The position numbers were made by a program, and so were the translations under genes. From Priapulus caudatus (lineage: Eukaryota): a stretch of 20,000 bases of DNA. Shown one piece after another: positions 1 to 19,490 of this stretch. The DNA is taken from the NCBI RefSeq assembly GCF_000485595.1, contig NW_014577089.1, positions 418,675 to 438,674 of the forward strand, in the 5' to 3' direction. Positions within the stretch are counted from its first letter, which is position 1. Every line of letters begins with the position of its first letter. Under the pieces are notes generated by a model that worked only from the letters and a program-made list of their open reading frames with translations, was not told where the DNA came from and made no database searches.

Positions 1-3000
1 CTATCTGATCTCATCTATTCGCAGTGAGTTCCCATCATAACAAACATATGGGTGCAATCCAAAGTCATCCTGAGCTGCTATAAGTCGTACTGCTTATCGC
101 TACATGTCTATCACTGATTTAGCGTCACGTAGACATATACTATATCATGCTATAGAAGAGCCTATATATCCTATATAAGAATCTAATATCCATCCGTCAT
201 ACTGATTATGTGCTGCTCGCATTCTATAGATTTATATTCATTACGCTGACCGCCACTTATGCGTCTCTTACAAGTCTTTCGCATAACCTTACACAAGTAT
301 AATACATACCCTATATAATATGTCTATCCTGTTCTCACTAGTAACAGCATAGGAATTTATATATTCATCATTAATTTAATTTATTAACATTTCGGCTATC
401 GATCTAATCTAATCTATTAGCGTATTCCTAAAGTCGTCTGGAGTTCCCTACAGCCTTTGTCTATTCCCAAGTCATTCGGTCGGCTAATGAGTTTAGTCTA
501 TTCAGATGAACACTTTCGAGCACATACCCATGTCCATATGTAATAATACATACCTATACGGCTCATTAACTTTCTCTTCATTGCCCAACATTAATCTGAT
601 CGTAAGGATATATTATAATACTATATTAATTAACCCTACTTATCTAATCTCACCGCATCTCCACACATCTATCATCCGCATGCTTCTAAATGTGTGTCGA
701 ATCGTCAGAGGTTTATATACATGCATAGGGAAAGTAACGTAGTACCAGTCGCAGAAGTCGAGCCCGTTTGGCTATAATATATGTGTGTATTAATGTTTGA
801 GCATGTGTGTATCCCGATATACATATTATATATATATATATCCATATAATATATATATAATATTATATGTCAATAACTAATAGTAATAATAATATATCTA
901 ATATATCGCTTGTATATGATCCAAAAAGATCACGCTATAGGTGTTGAATCATAACCTAGTAGAGGCGTCCATAACTGCAAGGCCTGAATAAAGCATCAAA
1001 ACGAACTAATTTAAAAAATCACGCAACTGTTACTGGTGCACCTAACAAAACATGACATCTTTATTCATGATAAATAAACACAGATTCCTCCTCTCTTATG
1101 CTAAACCGCACTCGAAAGAACTCTTGCACAGCTCTAGATTGCCAATATTCTGCTAAGTATTTTGTCTTGTAACATCAATTTATCAGTACCACAAAAAAAC
1201 ACCCCGGTAATTCCCATGTAGAGCTACGCCACCTATGTTGATACGCATGTCAAGATATATACACACACACAAAGAAATGAGTATTATGTATGCTAGCTCT
1301 AATGCTTTGCATAGAGCGTACCACATCTCACGAGGCATACTATACTTGCGTGCATAAATGGCAAATTATTGCACCTGCAGTATTTAGTTCGGACGAAAAA
1401 AAATGCTCACAAATAAGGCCTTTTCTAGAGACGAAACAGTCTGTCGGACATACGGTAGCGAGACAATTCGGAGCACAGTGTATATACATGAGTGCGGCAG
1501 GCACTGCTATTGGCAGACAAACATCGGCTTTAGTGGACAGTAGAGATCGTGGGTTATCGTATAATCACATGGTCTTCGATATCTTTGAGAGGCGGCCTGC
1601 TCGACTTTTTGAGACTGAATGCAAACCGAAAATCATGAAATCCTCGCCATGTCCCAAGACCTATTTTTTTATGATAATTAATATTTTTTAAATCGAAATT
1701 CCTGATGGTCGGGTGACTAAAATCCGCGAATCCGACCGACAAAAAAACTGTAAAGGCATAGATCGTCTTTATTTTAAAATATATACTTTTGGTATTGTTT
1801 CATATTTTATAGATTGATATAAATCATCTAGCACTATATATATTTAGTGTGAATAGATTTAGTGATTAAGTAACTCTCTGTACATATCTCACTCTCGTTG
1901 TTTAAGTCTATGTGAGTATCTCGGCCTAAGTATATAATTATGAAGTATCAATAAACATGCAATCACGCCACCTCTTTTCCGCGTTTCGGGTTTTCCATAT
2001 GGACTTCAATATTGCGTTGTACGCGCAGTGGTAATCTCGGGGGATAGCTCAATACTAAGTATGGCGCCAGAGTAACATGGCGGGCGAAGAAACATATTCT
2101 AGTAATACCAAAAGTTATATGGCTGAGATTGCTGGCCGAATCACGCTTACGGATAGGCAGCACACATGACTTATAATGTCTCGCGAACTCTATGCAAAGT
2201 GACTCCCATTCTCTGACTGAAACCTAAACCCTAACCCGTCAACGATAAACCTTAGAGCCCCTAACCTTCAAAAACCCTAATGAGACATTAAGTCAACAAC
2301 TAAATACATTTTCATATTTAAAAAAAACATCACCATCTCGCCAGGTTAAGACGCCGCTGTTATTGCCAAGTACAAGAGATATATTACCGCGAAGCGCGAT
2401 ACCGAACGATTGATTCAAGTGCCCGGTGCAGGAGTAATGTCCTCCCTTGTAAGCAAAAAATGATATGCTGGAACATTAGCAGATTATAGTCGCTATGTGA
2501 ATCTAATGACGAGCATACATTCTAAAGCGCATGTATAGACTAGGCACAGGAATCACTGGATGTTTCTAATCGTACATATTCAAACAAAGGCTAAGTCAAA
2601 GATGCCAAATGAGAAATAGTTTTATTTGAGATATTACAGAGTTATTCATCTAGATATCTCAGAGGTGAGAGGTTTCTTGTATGGAACGGGTGTCAGGCCC
2701 CGCCCTGTTCAGACAATCAGCGTCGCCCACAGCCCCTCGTCGGGCTAGTAGTCCTCGTGTAGCCTCAGCTGTATAGTTTATACACCAATGGCAATGCCGA
2801 CATTTTACATCCTTACGTTTTTTATTTTCACAGCTGTTACATTTCTGCCAACGCATTTACAAATAAGTGACAGTGATGTAAAGATAAAATTCAACAAATC
2901 GGCACACCAACACTGGCTTTCAAGTTAAGCAGTGGTTTTGTATTGTTGACAGTGGATCTGCCAGAGGCCACTGCGGGGCCTTATATTGGTAGGTTAGCAT

Positions 3001-6000
3001 TAATGGTAAAATACTGAGTAATCGAGTTGTAAGGCGCAGTGAAATGTTTAGGCATATATAATGTATCATCGATGTAACTATAGAACCACCGTTAAAGTCG
3101 TATTGTGAAATTACATGCAACCATTCTTTTTGTTTACTTTGTTTTTCTGTCCAAAACATTGGGGAATTTATACACTCTAACTTTCCCAGCTTCTCAGACA
3201 GTGAAAAGAAAGTCATTGAGATCACCCATATCTCCTCGGGAACTATGGCAGGTGGTGCTGCAGATCTGATTCTTTCTGGAACCCTGGAGTTCATGGCGAA
3301 AGCAATGCAGGTGAGGCACAACCATGAAATTCTCAGCAGAATGCGAGTAAACATCGCGATTATCAAGATAAAAACCTTTCAAAGTATTCTCCGAGGTTGT
3401 TTATGAGTTATTAAGTACTCGGTGTTAAAAAAAGAGACTGTCACGCTTGGATGATACCCCATCGACCTAATTTATGTAATGCATATATATTATCTTTCAG
3501 AATATATGACTTCGAACAAGGAGATCCATATCTGTAGCTGCAGCTTCCTAAGCTATTGGCAAATATGGTATATGGTACAAAGGAATGGGACCTTTCCGAT
3601 CGGCCACAATGATTGTTGGATGGGACAAACAAGTATGATAAACGAAGATTAACAAATTTAACAAAATGAAACAAATTCTGCAACAAGTATTTATTCTTTA
3701 ATAATAAATGTACTTTGCTTACCATATGAAAAAGCACGATGGGCATTATTCAGCGGTACTGGAATTCGGACCATTGAATTTTAAGCACTGTTTGTGGCGA
3801 ACTTTGTTCTTTGTAATGAGAAAGCAATTGGTGCAGAGTTGGTTGTGACAAGTAGCAATTCTAAGAAACAATAACGAGTTTAAAGGGATCGTTACTCTAG
3901 GTTCTAATTTACTCTAGGTAAAACTTTACGCTACATAAAAAAGTTTCAATGTTAATCACCATTAGAAATATTATAAAAAATGTTTTAAAAACTAACGACT
4001 ACAGTTTGATTACAACGACGGTGGCAGCCACTCAACAGCGCAACGATCTGATAAAGTGCGCAACAACACTTTCAAGCCAAGGGCTACAGACACAAGAGGG
4101 TGTTCTATTTAATTAATTTAAAGCCAGAATGTAATATCTTAAAAACGACATATAGTCTTCAGTATAATATGGATAGAAGTTTGCCCCTAAATGAATATCG
4201 TTGAGTAAACTAGCCTTGAGGTATAAACTATACATTGGCAGCGTTGTGATTAGCGCCTCCAGTCTGTACGTATGGCAAAATAAATGTCAAATACGCAAGC
4301 TTTTCTTCGGGGTGGCAGCACCGGTTGCGGGTCGTCATGGCGGCCGTTACAAAAATTTCGTAGCGTTGATGGTGTAATTAATTTAACAATAAATTAGTAA
4401 TACTGGTAACAAATACGTGTGGTATGATACGACGATTTGTTATATAGTAATGTCACGTGTATGCCAGTAAAATTCCTAGAGTTATAATCCCTTTAAACAG
4501 ATGAAGCTACTGTATCATTTATTTTTCATTACTCTTTTTCAATGATTGAAGTTCTATAATTATTGAGATTGTAAGATTTATCACTATTGGGTTTGATGTT
4601 AGCATAGGCAAATTTCAATGTTAAATGTCCACAATACAAAAAATTCGAATATTCTCGTGGTAATTAAAGTTTTCACGAGATCATGGTTGGTCAGTGAAGA
4701 ATGAGTGTTGCTGGTGATTTGTGTTACACAGGGCCACCGGTCTTGTAATCTATGTGGACAGTGATGGTACCAGGCTTCACCAACCCGATATTGTCTCTGT
4801 GGGGATCTGCTCAACGTAATCATATGGCGTGTTAGACAGTGGCTACGAGCCTAGACATAGACAGTCGGACGATGCCATTGATCCTCCCCGCAGGCCATCT
4901 ATCACGCCACACCACCGCGAATGCTTACAGTGGTGGTGTCCGTCAACCGTAAGTGTTTAGAAGGAATCACCAACTTGCTGTTTGTTGAACAGGCGATGCT
5001 CGCTGTGATCTACTGGGGTGTACATTAAAAACAAATGCATATATATGAACAGTATCAAAATGATGTATCCATGCATATCAATGTATTATATGTATGTAGC
5101 GCGAAAAAAAAACTCTGTGAAAATAACTGGGTATCTGATATAGAATGATTGAACGCAACATACCCAGACCGCGTATAACGCCCTCTCCACAACTGATAGG
5201 CAGTTAATAAGTGCTGGTCAGCCACAGTACACCTCGCTTCATTAGGAGTAAGACGACTGGGACTCCTACAGCTCAGTTTACTGTGACTAACACGACTTGG
5301 CAAAAACACAGCATGTCACCAAGCTGCCAGTGAAATGGAAACAGACTAAAGAAGCCAGCTGTTAAAGTTTGGATGCTGGGGCACGTGAGGTGACACATTG
5401 GTGAACTGAGGCCCACTAGCAGGTTGATTGGACTCGCCCATGAAGCCTACTGTAATCAACAACGAACATACAAGAATAATGAGCAGTACAGCGCTAAAGT
5501 CCTATCAGGGACTTAAATTCACATTTCTGCTGCAAGCGCAGGCAAACAAAAAGGACTAATCCGCAGAAGAATAGGTCCATTATCAGAAACTAACTGCTGG
5601 TATTGGTGCATACACTCCCCCTTATAGGTGATCAGAATGAATTCTCGCGCTTATCCATACACTACATATGAGACCATAGGCCGGTACCAGACTGGTGACA
5701 TATGACATTCAACCCGAGTTCTGCAAACAATAACGATAGCTCCACGATATAGAATCGACAGATGAATTTCAGCGTGTATGTTTTTACTTCTGGTGTGAGA
5801 GAGAATCTGCCAAAGTGCGAAATTCCACTTTAAAAGTCGGCATATATTTGCGGGCTATTCAATCAAGAAGAATGCATACATGCGACAATGGTTTGCAAAC
5901 CTGTGTATAATTGCCATCGCGAGAGAGCAACGTTGGAGTCTACGCCTGAGTTCTTTCACAAATACGTAACAAACGTCGAAACTGAAACTTGTTACCTTAA

Positions 6001-6745
6001 TTAACTAACTGAGGGGCCCATATATATTTTTGAATGCATAGTTACATGCTTGTTTTCTATATAGCAGAACAGTCGGCCCGAGTATACTATAAGCACGGTA
6101 CTGGAAAATGTTTGTTTGGCAATTTTCAAGTGTACAACAGTGCGCAAGAGCCGGCTGGTTAAAGTGTCACAGGCATGGATCATGAGGACCTGCACTTCAA
6201 GTACAGGAGGAGAAAACTGAAGAAACATGCATAGTCCGTACTAACTAAAAAGGAAACAGATGCACCTATCTGATGGCTAGTAGTAACTAAATAGCTAACG
6301 GACAATCGCCCTTGATCCACTGTAAATCCGAGTTTTTTTCACACTGCAAAAAATATTATACAAATTAAAGCATCCTTTCTGTCAGATCATTTGTTTTTGT
6401 GCCGGACCCCAAAAAAACTAAAAGGTAAAAAAGTTGGGATAAAAGTACTCGCAGTTTATGGCCTTTCTCTACAGTGATGTTGGTAAAAAAATTGACACCA
6501 AGTGTTGGTCAATTGAGTGGCTACTGATCAGCATCTAATAAATAACTCTACCAATGCATACACGTCAAGATATATAAAAGAAACTCAGTGTTCAAGACAT
6601 TTTTGTAATGGACTCATGAAGATCTTTCATGCTCTCTAGAATTCCGGTCCCTCGATATGAGTGTTGTAATGAACCTCGCGTGTCTATATAATCCATCAAT
6701 TTGTAGATGCCAAACATTCATCTTGCGATAATACAGTGTAAATAT
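1..6745 (+). other. Copy A: error-rich inverted duplicate of ~11615-17240 (probable raw long-read sequence)
   Basis: Colinear reverse-complement similarity across exons and introns alike. It is roughly 15-20% longer than its template, with scattered 1-3 nt insertions, and is noisiest in the first ~900 bp. Confidence 0.9.
2834..6234 (+). pseudogene. PSMB5: Frameshift-riddled PSMB5 exons 2-6 within copy A (apparent pseudogene, most likely an assembly artefact)
   Basis: Exon remnants at ~2834-2988, 3190-3310, 3501-3632, 4732-4948 and ~6131-6234, with most splice dinucleotides retained but several indels per exon. Confidence 0.7.
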
Positions 6746-6865
6746 AACAAAAGTACTGTAAACAGTAATGAGCCACTAGTTTTTACCTCTAACCCAACAA
6801 ATCTTCACTTTAATATTAAAAATGGTGATCAGTGAGTGCAGAGCATTATCACGCAGCCAGATATA

Positions 6866-6890
6866 NNNNNNNNNNNNNNNNNNNNNNNNN
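6866..6890. other. Assembly gap (25 N)
   Basis: Run of exactly 25 N separating copies A and B. Confidence 1.
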
Positions 6891-9800
6891 AAGTACACGA
6901 ACAAGCCACCTCCTAGTTGGAGCTGCACTTCTATAATATATATGCGCCGTATATGACAACCTATTGCGTGGAACTTACTTTAATCTGAACTTTAATCATT
7001 TATCGTAACGTGCAGGTGCCGCTATTAATGTCCTGTCGCGGCCACAACTTACGAATATATCAAGTTGTTAACCTAAATGGGTTAATGCGTAAATATAAAC
7101 ATTCAAGAAAATGGTCTTGTCTTTCATTCACATTTGGTCAGACCAATTGAAAAATCACTTCGTTACTTCGGCTATTTCCCCCAATGTTCAAATATAGTCT
7201 GCCGCCATCTATGGTCTGGTGTAATCCTTAATTATTCTCCGAGTGAACCTGACAATTACCGGAAGTGAATTTCATTGACCGGGCGCCGATCGAATGAATA
7301 TGTGCCAAACATATGAGAGTTCTCTTACTAGATGAATTTGCCATGAAAAAAAGTTGCTGAACGCCGAGATCAAGTTTTGGACAGCGATATTGACAAACAG
7401 AGGTCTGCTAACTTGACTATTTTTGGGTCGGATATACCCCGTCACGCCCTCAGTGCTACCTCGTTCACCTATCCAAATGCCACAACAAAATTAGAACACA
7501 TTTTTATAAGGCGTGACTGCAGCGATAAACCTGCCCCTCAGATATTCCGTCTTTTTTGCGGAACTTCTAAATCAGCCGCCACAACATCCGCCCTTGTTCT
7601 GTGACTACCCTACTGCCCTCTCGCGGCAATATTATTTGCATTTGCGTGCCTCCCCCCTTCCAGCCTGCCCGCCTTAGCTGCCGCAATCTGTCTTGGCTGC
7701 TGCGTGATTAAGGGGGGTGAATACAATTGCGTCATATACAGTGCCCTCCTTTTCCACTGCCTTTCGCTGACTGCGTCCGGCACCACTCTGTCTATCGCTG
7801 TGTAGCCGTTAGTGGGGTGACAGTGTTCGGTAGGCAGCACGTTTATGATGAGAACACACAAACTACATCATAATAGTATATCTAGGCCTATTTAATATAT
7901 AGGCCTAAGGGTTAGGGTTGAGGGTCAGGGTATTAAGCCACGCACATTTTTTACACTTTTCATGTGTTGGCATTCTCTGACCTTTTCCGTGTTCTTTCTC
8001 GCTTTTGCGGTGCACGCTGACGTCACACCGTCTTTCCACAGACACACACAGAGACATACACACACACGACGACACACGCACGCACTCACGCTCGCACGCA
8101 CTCATTCCCGCACGTACCCCACACACAGCACTCGACATGAGTACCCCCATCGGCATCGAAGAACGGCGTAACGGACGATATGCCACTTCTGTTACTTGCA
8201 TCCTGTTATACTTTTCCCGCAATTTTCCTATGTGGTCTATAAATGTGACTATGCAATCATACTACGTCCCATACCATCTATCACGCACAACACACACACA
8301 CGCAAGACGCACACATATAGACACGTCATGTTCATTATGCAGTCCAGCTCTTTTCTTCGCTCCATGTGGCCATATAGTACTATGCGATACGTGCTACGTA
8401 GATACAAGACACCCATATTCATTCAGTCACTCGTCCCATACCATCTGCATGGGCTGCCAACTATAAATTCGCATCTCTAGAGTGTCTGGCTCGCACAGCT
8501 TTTCTATCCATACAGCGTCGCGCATTGAGTCGCAAAGACTTGCCCACTTCCCAAGTGGTATACGTACCTATACGGCACTTTCTCGCCAACATAAGGATAT
8601 GATTATCATATATTACATCCTACTCCGATCTCACCATCCGATGTCAATGTGTGTGGTCAGCAGGCGGTCGTTTTATATACATGCATAGGGCAAGTCACGC
8701 AGTCGCCAGAGTCGCAGGCAGTTTGCTATATATATATATGTGTGTTTATGTTTTGCGACATGTGTGTATCAGCATCTACTACTTATATATATATATATAT
8801 ATTATATATATAAGATATATCTACTCTATCTCTGTATATATCGACAAGTCGCTTAGGTGTTGACAACAGTAGAGCGTGTCCATAGGCTGCACGCCATGAA
8901 TAAGCATCAAACAGATATTAATTAAAAACTGACGCACACTGTTCACTGCGCTTACAAACATACACTTTATTCGGTTAAATAATACAAGTTCATCCTCTCA
9001 TGCTCCGCTCGAACTTTTGCAGCTCGTATGATGCGAATTCTGCAAGTTTGTCTGAACATTTCTACACAACACAACACAACCGGGTCCCTGTGGCTAGCCA
9101 GCCTGACGGATGTCACGAATACACAACAAGAAATTTTACTTCTTAATGCTTTCTAGACTCCAGGCATCTAACTTGCGGCATAATGGCCAAATTATTGCAT
9201 CTAGTGACCGATTCGGCGGGAAAAAATGCCAAAAAGGCCTTTTCTAGAGACGAGATGTGCAACGTGAACAATTGCGGAAGCTTACTGTTGTACACCCATA
9301 TAGCACAGTGCTTAAACATAGTTGGCGCCCTTTTTGGCAGAAACATCGGCTTTTATTGGACCCATGTTTCTCATCTTTGGCGCCGCGACTTTGTTGAGAA
9401 CGCTGCACCAGAATCATGAATCTCGCCCGCCACCATTTGTCTCATTCCGGCTGTGACTCAATATCGCAATCGACGAACAAGTTTGTTTTTATTTAAAAAA
9501 TCTTACTTTTGTGGTTTTAAGTTTTTAACTTTTGTTTTTCACATATTTTTTGTAACTTGTGATTGTTTAACTTTTACATATTTTTTAAATGTGCCGTGCC
9601 TTAAGTACCTCTATTATGAGTATCAATAACTGCATCGCGAGTATTTTCCGTTTCGGAGTTTTCCATGTCTCAATGTGTGAGCCTGCGCAGAGTAACTGGC
9701 CGGTTTAAACAACTGTAACACTAAACGTGGGATGGTATGATGGGTTGGTCGCCGGGCAGACCTTACTCCCAAAACTCGACTCCGTTTCTGACTAAACCCT

Positions 9801-10590
9801 AACCCTAACCTCACGATACCTACCCTAACCTTAACCCTATAAATTAATTCACACTAATACATTTAATTTGAAACAAACCATCACCTCTCGCAGGTTAACG
9901 CGTGGCCGATACCGGATTTCATTATGGCCGTAGCAGGGAGTAATGTCTCCCTTGTGCAAAACATCGATCTGCTGTGAGAATTAGAGTCTTTACTGTGCAA
10001 TTAAGAGATACATTCTGCTTAGGAGCAGGCAAAACTGTGAGTTAACGTTCATATTTCAAGACAGGGCCAGTCAAAGATGGCAATTAGAAATAGTTTTATG
10101 TTGAGATATACAGGAGTTATTCATCTAGATCTTGCTGAGGTGATAGGTTGTTTGATTATGGAAGGGTGTCAGGCTGATTAGGACAATCAGTCGGCACAAG
10201 CTCGTCGGGCCTAAGTAGTTCGTACTACTCTCAGTACTGTATCTTTCTACCCATGCATGCCACATTTTTACATCCTTTCTGTTTTTATATTTTCACAGCC
10301 TGTTACATTTCTGCAGGCATTTAAATAATGACAGTTGATGCTTAAGATAAAATTTCAACCATGGCACAAGCAACACTGCGCTTTCAAGTATTAAGCGGTT
10401 GTATTTTTGCAGTGGACTCAGAGCACTGCGGGTCCTTATATTGGTAGGTGTCAGCATAATGGTAATATACTATATATGAATTGTTTTACGCGCCAGTGAA
10501 TGTTAAGGGCATAATTAATTATCAGTGCATGTACTATAAACCACCAGTTAAAGCGTATTTGTGAAATTACAATGCACCCTTCTGTTTTTT
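6891..10590 (+). other. Copy B: inverted duplicate of ~14940-18905 (most of PSMB5 intron 1 plus exon 2 remnant at ~10299-10443)
   Basis: Starts as the reverse complement of ~18870-18905 and ends as the reverse complement of ~14940-14970. Indel noise is moderate, and a ~420-bp block present in the main copy is missing. Confidence 0.9.
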
Positions 10591-10604
10591 GAGATAGACA
10601 CGGC

Positions 10605-10657
10605 CGCAGACCCCACTAGTGGCACTAGACTAGTGCCACTACTAAATGGGGTCTGCG
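10605..10657. repeat. Nested palindrome / long hairpin (collapsed version at 18920-18961)
   Basis: Outer arms CGCAGACCCC/GGGGTCTGCG; inner arms TAGTGGCACTAG-a-CTAGTGCCACTA (12 bp perfect). Confidence 0.85.
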
Positions 10658-10916
10658 TCGGCTCGAACTAACGTAGTCTATAAACCATCACTGATTTATC
10701 ATCTAGTAAAGAATACCTAGAACAAACACTTTTCCCACTTTAACCTATATTGCTAGTATAGGGACCTTTGCTTAATTTTGAGTATAAATCGTGTGCAATG
10801 CGCAGTGCAGTGACACAGCGTTTTGTCACTTTTGATACCATCTCATGATACTGCAGAGTACGCGCCGGCGATGACTATTAGTATTACTACTCTAAAAATA
10901 ATACTACTAAACCTAC

Positions 10917-11057
10917 ATCTTCAAACCCTGGTACGGCAAACTCGTTGTGAATTGAGACATTGCTAAAGTCTTCGGTAATAGAGTCAACTGGCTCTGAAGG
11001 CCAGCATTTGCTGCTATTAAGGTAACTGTTTAAACGACAAACTTCTTCTAGTGCCAT
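10917..11057 (-). CDS. PSMB5: Intact second copy of PSMB5 exon 1 (47 codons), stranded downstream of the gene body
   Basis: ATG 11057 -> MALEEVCRLNSYLNSSKCWPSEPVDSITEDFSNVSIHNEFAVPGFED|gtaggt; 141 nt, phase 0, in frame with exon 2. Confidence 0.75.
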
Positions 11058-11449
11058 TTTCGTAACAACTGTCGCCCTCTTTTGTTCAATATACTAAATA
11101 ATAAACACTTACCATCGGGGTACGAGGGCGCTTATATCGCAGTTTAAGAAGAGAGCATTCAGATTCCACACGCGAATGCGCCCATCTTCCTTTTTAGTAT
11201 CCGCCACTGTGTCGTTAGTGGTGCGGATTATAAGTTCATAGAAGTTTTGACTGAAACTGGGTTTTCAGTGACAATTAGGTAATATTTCTATATAAGGTTA
11301 AAGTACAACTGTCTGACTGTGATCATGTTTAGATTGTTAAGAGTCAGCAATTAGCAGTAGCTGTGTTTTAACAACTTCAATTGGAGCGTTTTCTGTTACG
11401 TATTTACGTCGACGATAAGCTTACCATGTGTTATCGAGGTATCATCATT

Positions 11450-11612
11450 AGCTCATCTGACATAGTCAGATGGAGCTTGTAGAATCGCATGATCGTCTGT
11501 CCGTCCGTCCGTCCGAGCGTCCGTCCGTCAACAGTTGGGCACAAATCTTAACCGCTCGACGTACGGTCACGATATTCGGGACGTGGGGGGGTAATCCGAA
11601 AACGAGTTGGGA
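11450..11612 (+). mobile_element. 5' fragment of a Helentron-associated non-autonomous element (HINE / DINE-1 / pearl-like)
   Basis: Begins right after TT with hairpin AGCTC-ATCTGAC-ata-GTCAGAT-g-GAGCT (11450-11477), followed by a (GTCC)n microsatellite (11495-11529). It is absent at the equivalent site 19731 of the main copy. Confidence 0.6.
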
Positions 11613-11790
11613 TAATATTTACACTGTATTATCGCAAGATGAATGTTTGGCATCTACAAATTGATGATTATATTATACACGCTAACATCATCAGGCCTAA
11701 CACTAGAGATGAAAGATCTTCATGAAGTCGCCATTAAAAAAATGTCTGAACATGAGTTTCTTTTTTTCTGACAGTATGCATTTAGAGTTA

Positions 11791-11796
11791 TTTATT
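11791..11796 (-). terminator. Candidate polyadenylation signal of PSMB5
   Basis: AATAAA on the minus strand ~240 nt after the stop codon; an alternative ATTAAA is at 11921-11926. Confidence 0.4.
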
Positions 11797-12037
11797 AGAA
11801 TGCAGTAGCACAATGACAACACTGGTGTAATTTTTTTACCAACCATCATGTAGAGAAAGGCAATAAACTGAGTACTCATTACCTTAGTGGCCACTCACAA
11901 TGATCTGACAGAAAGGATGCTTTAATTTGTATAATATTTTTTGCATGAAAAAAACTCGGATTACAGTGATCAAAGGAGTTAAGTCGTTGCTTTGTTACAG
12001 CATCAGATAGGTGATGCTGTTTCAATTAGTAGTACGA

Positions 12038-19350
<7,313 letters not shown>

Positions 19351-19490
19351 TTTCGTAACAACTGTCGCCCTCTTTTGTTTCAATATACTAAATAATAAAC
19401 ACTTACAATCGGGACGAGGCGCTTTTATCGCAGTTTAAGAAGAGAGCATTCAGATTCCACACCCGAATGCGCCCATCTTCCTTTTAGATC
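19351..19490. promoter_or_regulatory. Compact bidirectional promoter PSMB5 <-> RPL7-like, with TCT/5'TOP pyrimidine tract (TCTTCCTTTT, 19476-19485, +)
   Basis: The region lies between the minus-strand PSMB5 ATG (19350) and a polypyrimidine initiator typical of ribosomal-protein genes. The same tract is present in copy C at 11185-11195. Confidence 0.6.

Larger units (their letters stand above)
10591..11449 (+). other. Copy C: direct duplicate of 18906-19731 (PSMB5 exon 1, promoter and RPL7 5' region)
   Basis: Both begin GAGATAGACACGGCCGCAGACCCC and stay near-identical to ...GAGGTATCATCATT. Confidence 0.95.

Noticed and set aside
506..6228. Remaining ORF-track entries in copy A (e.g. 1290..1691, 2920..3366, 3441..3746)
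   Set aside because: These are chance frames in noisy intronic or antisense sequence and are not conserved in the cleaner main copy.
7905..8863. Cluster of overlapping His/Thr- and Cys/Val-rich ORFs (also 16628-18235)
   Set aside because: These are translations of CA/TG/TA microsatellites inside intron 1, with low complexity and no recognisable domain.
2834..10443. Tandem/inverted PSMB5 paralogues or an invertebrate immunoproteasome-like duplication
   Set aside because: Divergence is indel noise affecting exons and introns equally, with no codon-preserving pattern, and the copies flank an N gap. Artefact or haplotype is far more likely.
19361..19410. Short 5'UTR intron of PSMB5 (minus-strand GTAAGT near 19407, CAG near 19362)
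   Set aside because: It would be under 50 nt and lacks a polypyrimidine tract; it cannot be supported without transcripts.
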